From: Spirochaetia bacterium
Lineage (GTDB): Bacteria; Spirochaetota; Spirochaetia; CADAEX01
Reading direction: 5' to 3'
Assembly: GCA_963662795.1 (NCBI GenBank)
Contig: OY759746.1
Coordinates: 1,024,001-1,088,000 of the forward strand
DNA length: 64,000 nt
In this document: positions 38,817 through 47,054 of the stretch, one piece after another
Position numbering within the stretch: the first letter of the stretch is position 1
Layout of the letters: every line of letters starts with the position of its first letter
Program-made: the position numbers and the translations under genes
The notes under the pieces: model-generated
The model's input: only the letters and a program-made list of their open reading frames with translations
What the model was told of the DNA's origin: nothing
Databases searched by the model: none

Positions 38817-41051
38817 TCAGTCTTTTCTTGTCATCATTTCCCTGTATTTACCCGGACTTATACCGGTGAGGCTTTTAAAATTCCTGATAAACGTTGTTTC
38901 ATTATAATAGCCGACTATTTTTGTAATATCTTTAACACTGATATCACTTTCTTCAAGCAGTATCTTTTTAGCCTCTTCAATCCTGCAGATATTGATGTAC
39001 TGAAGCAGCCCTGTATCGTTGACTTCCTTGAATATTTTCGAAAGATACTGTGTTGTAACACCCAGACTTTCAGCTATCCCGGGCCCTGATATATTTTTAC
39101 CGCTGTAATTTTTCTCTATATATTTTTTGGCAGATAACGCAATATCTGATACATTTCTGTCCGGTGAAAGCAGGGCAAGTTCAGAGAAAATCAGATCGGC
39201 AGTTTTTCTGAACTGCAGGAAACTCTTGCATTCCATTATTTTTTTTACAAGATTTTTCAGGTTTTCCCTGTCGCTGCGAAGGATGGTATTAAGCGCTTCT
39301 ATCAGGATATTCTGAAACCCGGCAAGCCTTAGTTTGAGTATGTCAATATCAATATAGTTTTCTTCGATTGAATTGATTCCCCCTTCCATGACTGTCTTTG
39401 CCTCATCATAATTTCCGGCAGCCAGAAGGTTATATATCTTGTACTCATCCTCAAGATAGGAAAGATAGCGGAAAGTGCGGCTCTTTTCCAGATTCTTAAG
39501 CTCTCTGAAAAGGAGGATCTCTTTTTCTTCAAGGAGGGTCCTGTATTCAAGCACCCGCAGAGCTTCACTGTAAGAGAGTGATATACCTGCAAGTGAATCA
39601 TAAATCTGGCCTGACGTGACAAGAAAATCAATTTCGCTTCCTTCCCTTATAAGTGAGGATATCTCTGCCAGGGTATTTTTCAGCTGCATATAATCGCTGC
39701 TGCCGATATTGATAATAATTACGTTTTTACCTGAATAGACAAGAGGATAGCAGCTGTATTTTGACTCAAGCGCTTCCTGTTTGCGGATAAGCTCATTTTT
39801 AAATCTGAAAAAGTTCAGGCTGTCATTTTGTCTTAAATCGGCAATCATTACGGCAAAGTACTCGGAAGCAAACGAAACACCGAATGTATCACCGATATCC
39901 GCGGCAAGGGCCTCTCCAATCTCCTCTCCCATTATCAGTCTTCTAAGGAAAACCATTTTGAGATTGTTCTTATTCTTGAGAAAGGTTTCTTTTATACTTA
40001 TATTTTCATCTATTACAGATTTTATGCCGTTTTCAAGCATTTCAAATTCATTTATATAGTTTTCGTAAATCTTTCTGAAATTTTTCTGGCTGAACAGATT
40101 TACAAGCTCGCTTATCGGAACATAGTTTTTCCTTGCAAAAAACAGGGACAGAAAAATTCCGGCAGTAAGACAAATTGCAAGCAGGAAAAGTACCGTCTCC
40201 TGAAATTTTTTAAGTTTTCCGTAAAAAACAGAATCAGGGACAATGATTGTATAATACCAGTCCAGAATATCTGATTTTATAACAGAGATAATCTGTCCGC
40301 TTCTTTCGATTTCGTAGTATTTATCGTTTTCAGGCAGATTATCGGGAAACGCTGCCGCCTCATTTCTCAAAGATGAATCAATTTCAATATTTACGACTGA
40401 AGATAATATCTGCCCGTCACTGTTTAAAATAAATCCGGCCCCTTTTTCTATCCACTCAATCTGCCTGATGCTTTTTTCCAGCATCTCCGGTTTGATAAAA
40501 ACAACCAGGTAATAGTCCGAGCTGTCTTCACTCATCATAAAAAATTTGGTTGTGAAATAAAGTTCAGCTCCTTCCGACAGTCTGTTAATATCATCAAAGG
40601 AAAACGCCTTTCCCTTGTTTACCGACACTTTATCCCAGTCAATTCCGGCTGACTGATAATTATCAGGGATTATTCTTTCTCCCGAGGTCTTCTCCCTTTT
40701 TTCATTGACTATATAGATCTGGTCGATGTATGGATTAAGAAATCTTAATTCCTTGATTTTTTGTTCAATTGAATCCCTGAATTCAGCGTTCTCTTCTTCA
40801 AGTTTAAGATAGAGTCTTATCTGCCTGTCCCAGATAAGCTGATTTGTTATGTTTTCAATCTCGAAAAGTCTGAAATCAAGAAGATCTTTCATCTGGTTCA
40901 GGGTAGTTTTTTTATGAAATAAGCTCTCATATTTTATGATATCAACAGAGTAAAAATAGTTAAAAAGGCTGAAAACAAGGGGTATAATGAAAACCAGAAT
41001 ATATGACGTAAGCCAGATATAGAAGGTTCTCCCCTTTTTTATAATTCCCAT
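38817..41051 (-). CDS. Membrane-anchored AraC-family regulator with an extracytoplasmic (Cache-like) sensor domain
   Basis: Two TM segments flanking a ~250-aa domain; C-terminal AraC HTH YIEKNY...YLSKIFK...RIEEAKKIL...VGY...FIRNFK..TGISPGKYR. Confidence 0.88.
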   Translation of the reverse strand: MGIIKKGRTFYIWLTSYILVFIIPLVFSLFNYFYSVDIIKYESLFHKKTTLNQMKDLLDFRLFEIENITNQLIWDRQIRLYLKLEEENAEFRDSIEQKIKELRFLNPYIDQIYIVNEKREKTSGERIIPDNYQSAGIDWDKVSVNKGKAFSFDDINRLSEGAELYFTTKFFMMSEDSSDYYLVVFIKPEMLEKSIRQIEWIEKGAGFILNSDGQILSSVVNIEIDSSLRNEAAAFPDNLPENDKYYEIERSGQIISVIKSDILDWYYTIIVPDSVFYGKLKKFQETVLFLLAICLTAGIFLSLFFARKNYVPISELVNLFSQKNFRKIYENYINEFEMLENGIKSVIDENISIKETFLKNKNNLKMVFLRRLIMGEEIGEALAADIGDTFGVSFASEYFAVMIADLRQNDSLNFFRFKNELIRKQEALESKYSCYPLVYSGKNVIIINIGSSDYMQLKNTLAEISSLIREGSEIDFLVTSGQIYDSLAGISLSYSEALRVLEYRTLLEEKEILLFRELKNLEKSRTFRYLSYLEDEYKIYNLLAAGNYDEAKTVMEGGINSIEENYIDIDILKLRLAGFQNILIEALNTILRSDRENLKNLVKKIMECKSFLQFRKTADLIFSELALLSPDRNVSDIALSAKKYIEKNYSGKNISGPGIAESLGVTTQYLSKIFKEVNDTGLLQYINICRIEEAKKILLEESDISVKDITKIVGYYNETTFIRNFKSLTGISPGKYREMMTRKD

Positions 41052-41058
41052 AGGGGGA

Positions 41059-41069
41059 ATTATAACACA
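41059..41069 (-). promoter_or_regulatory. Extended -10 promoter, leaderless geometry (AraC regulator)
   Basis: TGTGT-TATAAT-7 nt (TCCCCCT)-ATG, with no SD. Confidence 0.6.
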
Positions 41070-41086
41070 ATTTAATTATTTGCAAT

Positions 41087-42268
41087 TTACATTTTTAACT
41101 TTACATCGGAAAAAGCACTGATAAGCCGTTCGATGTCTTCAAGGCTGTGTTCCGCCGTGATCTGGACCCTGATTCTGGCTTTTCCGGTTGGAACAACAGG
41201 ATATGTAAAGGGAATGACATAAAATCCCTTCAAATAGAGCTGCTGAGCTGCAACAGAAGCCGGCTTTTCATCATAAAACATTACAGGTATTATAGCTGTT
41301 TCCCCGTCCCTGATATCAAACCCGCTTTTTTTCATCCCTTTTCTGAAATAATCGGATTTTTCCCTGATATCAGATATAAGTGAACTTCCTGATTTTTCAA
41401 GAATTGAGAGCGCAGTAAGTACTCCTCCTGCTATCACAGGGGGAAGCGTATTTGAAAAAAGGTAAGGCCGGGATTTCTGCCTGAGCATCTGCACAATTTC
41501 CTTTCTTCCGCAGATGCATCCCCCCGATGCCCCCCCAAGGGCTTTGCCGAATGTTGTTGTAATAATATCGATCTTCCCTGTAACATTGAAATGCTCTGCC
41601 GTTCCCCTGCCTGTTTTTCCTATATACCCGCTTGCGTGCGAATCATCTACCATAACAAGGGCGCTGTATTTTTCCGCAAGGGCGCATATCTCATCAAGCG
41701 GCGCAAGGTCGCCGTCCATGGAGAAAACTCCGTCTGTACAGATTATCCTGAACCTGGAATCTGCAGCCTCCTTGAGTTTTGCCTCAAGGACCGCCATATC
41801 AAGATGGCTGTAACGCAGTCTTTTTGCCTTGCACAGCCTTATCCCGTCAATAATGGAAGCATGGTTAAGTTCATCAGAAATTATCGCGTCATTTTCATCA
41901 AACAGAGGCTCAAATACCCCGCCGTTTGCATCAAAGCAGGCAGCAAAAAGAATCGCGTCCTCGGTTCCTGTAAAATCGGCTATTTTCCTTTCAAGAAGCT
42001 TGTGTATGGACTGTGTACCGCAGATAAAGCGTACAGATGAAAGTCCGAATCCCCATCTTTCAAGCGACTTGATTGCCCCTTTTGCGATATCGCTGCGTCC
42101 TGAAAAGCCCAGGTAGTTATTTGAGCAGAAATTTAGCAGTTTCTTCCCGTCGGAAGTTTCTATCTCCCTGCCCTGCCGGGATATGATCTCCCTTTCAAAT
42201 TTATGAACCCCTCTTTCCTCTATTCCTTTCAAAATATCCTGCGCATATTTCCTGTAAGTGCCATACAT
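41087..42268 (-). CDS. kbl: Glycine C-acetyltransferase (2-amino-3-ketobutyrate CoA ligase)
   Basis: NFCSNNYLG, SVRFICGTQ, NHASIIDGIRL, DDSH, TFGKALGGASGG and RQKSRPYLFSN motifs. Confidence 0.95.
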   Translation of the reverse strand: MYGTYRKYAQDILKGIEERGVHKFEREIISRQGREIETSDGKKLLNFCSNNYLGFSGRSDIAKGAIKSLERWGFGLSSVRFICGTQSIHKLLERKIADFTGTEDAILFAACFDANGGVFEPLFDENDAIISDELNHASIIDGIRLCKAKRLRYSHLDMAVLEAKLKEAADSRFRIICTDGVFSMDGDLAPLDEICALAEKYSALVMVDDSHASGYIGKTGRGTAEHFNVTGKIDIITTTFGKALGGASGGCICGRKEIVQMLRQKSRPYLFSNTLPPVIAGGVLTALSILEKSGSSLISDIREKSDYFRKGMKKSGFDIRDGETAIIPVMFYDEKPASVAAQQLYLKGFYVIPFTYPVVPTGKARIRVQITAEHSLEDIERLISAFSDVKLKM

Positions 42269-43227
42269 CAGATTTCCCCCTTTCTGTTTTTTTCCGCAAG
42301 GACTTTGAGCATGTCTTCCGTCATTGTCTCCAGATCATAATCAGGGCTCCATCCCCACTCAACACGGGCCGCGTAATCCTCAAGAGAGTTGGGCCAGGAG
42401 TTTGCTATTGCCTGCCTTACCGGATCTACATCATAGTCAATCTCAAACTCAGGAATACGGGCCCTGATATAACCTGCCTGGTCTTCAGGGCAGAAGCTCA
42501 TTGCGGTAATATTAAAAGCGTTTCTGTGCCTGAGCTTTGCCGGGTCGGCTTCCATTATTTCAACCGCGGCTTTTAATGCGTCAGGCATGTAGATCATGTC
42601 CAGATTTGTATCCCCCCGCAGAAAACAGGTATACCTCCTGTTTTTTACCGCCTCATAATAAATATGTACCGCGTAGTCTGTTGTCCCGCCGCCGGGAGGA
42701 GTTGCGTTTGAAATAATGCCCGGAAACCTTACGCCGCGTGTATCTACTCCGTATTTGTGATGATAATAATCGCACAGCAGTTCACCGGCGACCTTGGTAA
42801 CGCCATACATTGAAGTCGGTCTCTGAATAGTATCCTGGGGAGTATAATCCCTGGGAGAGGATGGACCGAAAGCGCCGATAGAACTGGGAGTAAACAGTGA
42901 ACACCCCTCTTCACGGGCAATTTCAAGAACTGTAAGGAGGGAGTTTACATTGATATCCCATGCGGCCTGAGGGTTTTTTTCAGATGTTGCCGAAAGCAGT
43001 GCGGCGAGGTGATAAATACGCTCTACCCTGTATTTTTTTATGATTTCATGGAGAGTTTTCCCATCCCTGCTGTCTGTCCTGATAAACGGACCGCCTTCAA
43101 TAAGATCAATGTTGACATCGTCGCGGAGGTCCGTCAGAACAACGTTCTCATTTCCATAAGTATTTCGAAGCTTTAAGGCCAGCTCAGAACCGATCTGACC
43201 AAGCGCTCCTGTAAGCAGTATTTTCAT
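42268..43227 (-). CDS. tdh: L-threonine 3-dehydrogenase (SDR/epimerase type)
   Basis: TGALGQIG, HLAALLSA, PSSIGAFG, YGVTK and GGGTTDYAV motifs; coupled to kbl. Start moved to ATG 43227 (GGAGG RBS). Confidence 0.9.
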   Translation of the reverse strand: MKILLTGALGQIGSELALKLRNTYGNENVVLTDLRDDVNIDLIEGGPFIRTDSRDGKTLHEIIKKYRVERIYHLAALLSATSEKNPQAAWDINVNSLLTVLEIAREEGCSLFTPSSIGAFGPSSPRDYTPQDTIQRPTSMYGVTKVAGELLCDYYHHKYGVDTRGVRFPGIISNATPPGGGTTDYAVHIYYEAVKNRRYTCFLRGDTNLDMIYMPDALKAAVEIMEADPAKLRHRNAFNITAMSFCPEDQAGYIRARIPEFEIDYDVDPVRQAIANSWPNSLEDYAARVEWGWSPDYDLETMTEDMLKVLAEKNRKGEI

Positions 43228-43282
43228 ACAAACCTCCTCCTGTAATTCCCATGATAAAAAGCTTGAATAATTGCAGGACACA

Positions 43283-43361
43283 TATTATAGTAAATTAATA
43301 TTCACTATATCAAACTTTATATTTTTATTATAGTGAATTATTATTTAGTATGTCAAACTTT
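43283..43361. promoter_or_regulatory. Two tandem 36-bp copies of a promoter/operator unit between tdh-kbl and the divergent regulator
   Basis: 43283-43318 and 43326-43361 differ at 5 of 36 positions. Each reads TTGA(C/T)A-18 bp-TATAAT on the minus strand and contains the imperfect palindrome TATAGT(A/G)AAT-N4-ATT(C/T)A(C/G)TAT. Confidence 0.75.
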
Positions 43362-43383
43362 TTTTAAAAAGGAAGCATAAATC

Positions 43384-43962
43384 ATGGTGGAAAAACATCT
43401 TCTTCCGATAGGAACAACAATTCAGGAAATTCGGAAAGACAGAAAAATGACGCTAGGGGTTCTTTCAGAGAAAAGCGGTGTTTCAAAAGCAATGCTTTCA
43501 CAGATTGAATCAGACAAGGTAAACCCGACAATCGCGACTGTCTGGAAGATAGCCACAGGCCTAGGCGTTGATATAAACGAACTTACAAGAGTTATTTCAG
43601 TTACAAAAAGGAATTTCACACTTACAAAGAAAGATGAAATTTCGATTCTTAACTGCGATCAGGAGGGAGTACACTTAAGAACACTTACCCCTGTTACCAT
43701 GATTGACGATCTTGAGATGTACCTGATAACATTTGAACCTGAAAGCGAGCTTAAATCACTCCCCCATTTTCACGGCACAGAGGAATTCCTTACGCTTCTC
43801 GAGGGAGAGCTTCTTGTAAAAGCCGGGGAAAGCAATACAGTAATGCATAAAGGCGATTTCCTTGCCTATCACAGCGATATTGACCATTCGATCACAAACA
43901 CAGGCGCCTCAAAAGCCGTGCTGCACATGGTCGTGCGGTATAAAAAACTTACAGACAGATGA
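43384..43962 (+). CDS. XRE-family HTH regulator with a cupin sensor domain
   Basis: SGVSKAMLSQIE....NPTIATVWKIA HTH and the cupin motif PHFHGTEE.....G.L. Confidence 0.92.
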   Translation: MVEKHLLPIGTTIQEIRKDRKMTLGVLSEKSGVSKAMLSQIESDKVNPTIATVWKIATGLGVDINELTRVISVTKRNFTLTKKDEISILNCDQEGVHLRTLTPVTMIDDLEMYLITFEPESELKSLPHFHGTEEFLTLLEGELLVKAGESNTVMHKGDFLAYHSDIDHSITNTGASKAVLHMVVRYKKLTDR

Positions 43963-43963
43963 T

Positions 43964-44833
43964 TTAATCCACAGAATGCCTGCAGAGCCTTAAAGCAGCA
44001 GGCACGGCAGCCAGTCCTCCAAGCGCGGTCTCTTTTAATGAAGTATCCATTTTTCCCCCGACCTCTTTCATTGCAGCTATGACCTCATCAGAGGGTATAA
44101 TGCTTTTCACCCCGGCCAGCGCCATTTCCATGGCAGTCAGCGCATTCACCGCGCCGTGGGCATTTCTGAATATGCATGGATACTCAACGTAACCGCCTAC
44201 CGGGTCGCAGACAAGACCAAGGGAATTTAACATCGACAGTGAAAAAGCATGTGTACACTGCTGCGGTGTTCCTCCGAGAAGCTCGCACCCTGCGGCGGCG
44301 GCCATTGCCGCGGCAGACCCGCATTCAGCCTGACACCCTCCCTCGGCTCCGGCTAACGTCGCATTTTCAGCAATTACAGCTCCGATTCCTCCGGCTGTAA
44401 TCAGGGCCATTATTACTTTCTCCCGCCTGAGGCTGAGCTCTTCTTCAATCGCTGATAAAAACCCCGGAATAATACCGCATGAGCCTGCCGTCGGAGAGGC
44501 GACAATCCTGCCCATGTTTGCGTTGACTTCAGATACGGCAATTGCGTTCCTTGTTATGCGGGCGGAAAGCCCGTTTCCAAGAGCTCTCCCGGATGCTATA
44601 TATCTGTCAAGGAGTGAAGCATCACCTCCGCTTAAACCTGTTACAGTTTTCATTTTCGACTTGATGCCTCTTTCTACAGCTTCAAGCATAACATCATACC
44701 TCATGGACATTTTTTTAAAAACATCTTTTGCAGTACAGTTATTTTCCTCAGCCTGAAGTTCAATTACAATATCAGATATTCTAACCTTTCTGCTTTCCGC
44801 AGCTGCGGCCAGTTCTTTAATACTTTTCATCAA
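43964..44833 (-). CDS. sdaAA: L-serine dehydratase alpha subunit (Fe-S)
   Basis: IVASPTAGSCG, GAEGGCQAECG, LGLVCDPVGG.VE.PC..RN and KETALGGLA motifs. Confidence 0.95.
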   Translation of the reverse strand: MMKSIKELAAAAESRKVRISDIVIELQAEENNCTAKDVFKKMSMRYDVMLEAVERGIKSKMKTVTGLSGGDASLLDRYIASGRALGNGLSARITRNAIAVSEVNANMGRIVASPTAGSCGIIPGFLSAIEEELSLRREKVIMALITAGGIGAVIAENATLAGAEGGCQAECGSAAAMAAAAGCELLGGTPQQCTHAFSLSMLNSLGLVCDPVGGYVEYPCIFRNAHGAVNALTAMEMALAGVKSIIPSDEVIAAMKEVGGKMDTSLKETALGGLAAVPAALRLCRHSVD

Positions 44834-44847
44834 TCCTGCTCCGTGTG

Positions 44848-45519
44848 TTAATACAGTTTATCCAGATATATGATTTTTTTGATTTCATGAACAGATTTAC
44901 ATTTTTCAATAAAGTCAGCACTGACACACTTATTCATGTTGATTATCATCACTGCATTATTACTTTTATTTTCATCGTTATATACCCGCATTTCTACAAT
45001 ATTGATTCCCTCATCCGCAATTATCCTGCCGACAGAAACAACAACGCCCGGAACATCTTCATTAAAAACAATCAGTGTCGGATATTTGCCTTCATACCTG
45101 ACCTTTACCCCGTCTATTTCATTGAGTATTATTTTCCCGCCCCCTACAGATGAGAACTGAAGGTTCAGTTTTTTGCCTTGTTTGCCGGCTGCAATTATCT
45201 GCGCAGTATTTGGATGCACCTTTCCAAGATCTGCTTCGGTAAAACTGAATTTCATACCGGCTTTTTCAGCCGCTTCAAAACTGCCTGTTATGCGGTCATC
45301 ATCAGGGCTGTAACCGAGAAGTCCTGCGATTATTGCCCTGTCTGTTCCATGGCCCTTTGCAGTACGTGCAAATGAGCCGTGCATGGAAATTGAAACTTCG
45401 GCCGGCGTACTGCCGTCCTGAAGGAGCTCCCTTGCGAGGTTTCCCATCCTGACAGCACCGGCAGTATGGGAACTTGAAGGGCCTATCATCACCGGCCCGA
45501 TTATATCAAAAATATTCAT
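44848..45519 (-). CDS. sdaAB: L-serine dehydratase beta subunit (C-terminal ACT domain)
   Basis: FDIIGPVMIGPSSSHTAGA, GSFARTAKGHGTD, HPNT and SVGGG motifs. Start moved to ATG 45519. Confidence 0.95.
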   Translation of the reverse strand: MNIFDIIGPVMIGPSSSHTAGAVRMGNLARELLQDGSTPAEVSISMHGSFARTAKGHGTDRAIIAGLLGYSPDDDRITGSFEAAEKAGMKFSFTEADLGKVHPNTAQIIAAGKQGKKLNLQFSSVGGGKIILNEIDGVKVRYEGKYPTLIVFNEDVPGVVVSVGRIIADEGINIVEMRVYNDENKSNNAVMIINMNKCVSADFIEKCKSVHEIKKIIYLDKLY

Positions 45520-45635
45520 AATTGCGAGATTAGCATTAATCTTAATTAATTGTACAGGAGAAGCAGGCTTTGTCTTAGGCAGTATAACCTGTCGCCGGTT
45601 TATTAATGTACTCATTTTATGATATATTCCCATCC

Positions 45636-46133
45636 ATGAATAAAGAATCAACAAACAAGAAACCTTCAGATTCAATTGTCCGGATGGAACAGCTTGTTCT
45701 GCCCAATGATGCAAACATGCTCAATAATCTTTTCGGAGGAAGACTTCTTCAGTGGATAGACGCGGCAGGAGCCATGGCTGCCATGAAGCATTCAAGAAAA
45801 GAGGTTGTGACTGTGGCGGTCGACAGTGTAGATTTCAGGGAGCCTGTAAGGGTCGGCGATATGGTAAAGCTTACAGCAAAGGTCACCTGGACAGGAAGAA
45901 CATCCATGGAAATAAAGGTTACTGTATTCTGTGAAAAACCGCGAACTGGTGAGATAATAAAAACAAATGAAGCATTTATGACGCTTGTCGCGTTAAACGA
46001 TGCCGGGAAACCAACAGAGGTTCCAGGCCTGTGTCCGGAAACAGATGAAGAGAAAACTGATTTTGACAGGGCAAAAGAAAGAAGGGGCTACAGGCTCAGC
46101 AGGAAATCATGCAGGGAAAATCCGCTAATGTAA
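45636..46133 (+). CDS. Acyl-CoA thioesterase (hotdog fold, YciA-like)
   Basis: VLPNDAN..NNLFGG.LL.WID, VVTVAVDSVDF..PV.VGD and GRTSMEI motifs. Probable start ATG 45636. Confidence 0.9.
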   Translation: MNKESTNKKPSDSIVRMEQLVLPNDANMLNNLFGGRLLQWIDAAGAMAAMKHSRKEVVTVAVDSVDFREPVRVGDMVKLTAKVTWTGRTSMEIKVTVFCEKPRTGEIIKTNEAFMTLVALNDAGKPTEVPGLCPETDEEKTDFDRAKERRGYRLSRKSCRENPLM

Positions 46134-46174
46134 TAGCCGCTTATACATTTAATCATATATCAGCATCCTGAAAC

Positions 46175-46214
46175 AAAAAAAAGCGCATCTCCTGATGCAG
46201 GAATGCGCTTTTTT
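46175..46214. terminator. Bidirectional terminator
   Basis: AAAAAAGCGCAT.TCCTG-ATG-CAGGAATGCGCTTTTTT between convergent genes. Confidence 0.8.
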
Positions 46215-46235
46215 CTATAAGCCAGTTTGAGAATA

Positions 46236-46928
46236 TTATTTTACTGCGTCAAGTTCGCCGAAGACTTTAAGAAAATTACCGTCAATTTTAACCTGAAGTG
46301 TACCGGCCAGCTGGAAAAAATCAGAAGTAGCATAATCATTTGTAACCTTACCGGTTTTTGAGGAAGTTGAGCCCACCTGTTTACCGTCGGCAATGGAAGT
46401 GTTCCATACCTTGTTCCAGTCAACATTGGCAGTTTTGCCTGTTGATGAAAAATCCGGATGGATTGTATTGTCAGAATGCCCGATCTTTCTCATCCTGAAG
46501 TTCCCCCTGGGAAGCGAAAGCTTTCCCGCCTTGTCAGTAACGATTTCATAGGCAGTTCCGCGGTGGACGTAGCGGATAGTAATGGTGCCGTCATTGGCCT
46601 GTACTGCTTTAAGGTTATCGCCTGTCATAGTTGCGTTATCAGCCACTGAATAAAGAAAAACCCCCCTAAGGCCCGCCGGCATTGTAGGATTTCCCTTAAC
46701 ATCTCTTCTGTAGCTGTTAAAAAGCTCTGTGGTATGGCTTTTGCTTGCTCCTGCCACAGCATCGAAAGAATCCTTTTCATTCGCATTATTTGATCCACGG
46801 AAAGTAAAATAATTGTTTGCGTAGTCAGGTCCGGTGAGATTTACCTGGGAATATACCGCAAGATCTGCCGCAAAAAGTGCCATTGCTGAAAGCATAATCA
46901 GCAAAACAAGAATTGCCAGTTTTTTCAT
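46236..46928 (-). CDS. Secreted hypothetical protein
   Basis: Signal peptide MKKLAILVLLIMLSAMALFA, AGGAG RBS, and its own TTGACA promoter and terminator. Confidence 0.75.
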   Translation of the reverse strand: MKKLAILVLLIMLSAMALFAADLAVYSQVNLTGPDYANNYFTFRGSNNANEKDSFDAVAGASKSHTTELFNSYRRDVKGNPTMPAGLRGVFLYSVADNATMTGDNLKAVQANDGTITIRYVHRGTAYEIVTDKAGKLSLPRGNFRMRKIGHSDNTIHPDFSSTGKTANVDWNKVWNTSIADGKQVGSTSSKTGKVTNDYATSDFFQLAGTLQVKIDGNFLKVFGELDAVK

Positions 46929-47054
46929 ATTATCTTCTCCTTTCATTGCCAATCAGCAGGATATATATCCTACTATATTGATATAATTATGTATATTTAA
47001 AGAGCTATTTGTCAAGTGCATGATTACTTTTTAATAAATGCGGTGTATGGCTTT

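Noticed and set aside
44848-45714. Long N-terminal extensions in the ORF track (sdaAB, and likewise dctP, the SBP gene, tdh, the FAD oxidoreductase and the TM1266-like gene)
   Set aside because: They overlap promoters or neighbouring genes. Downstream ATGs match the family N-termini and have an RBS or leaderless promoter.
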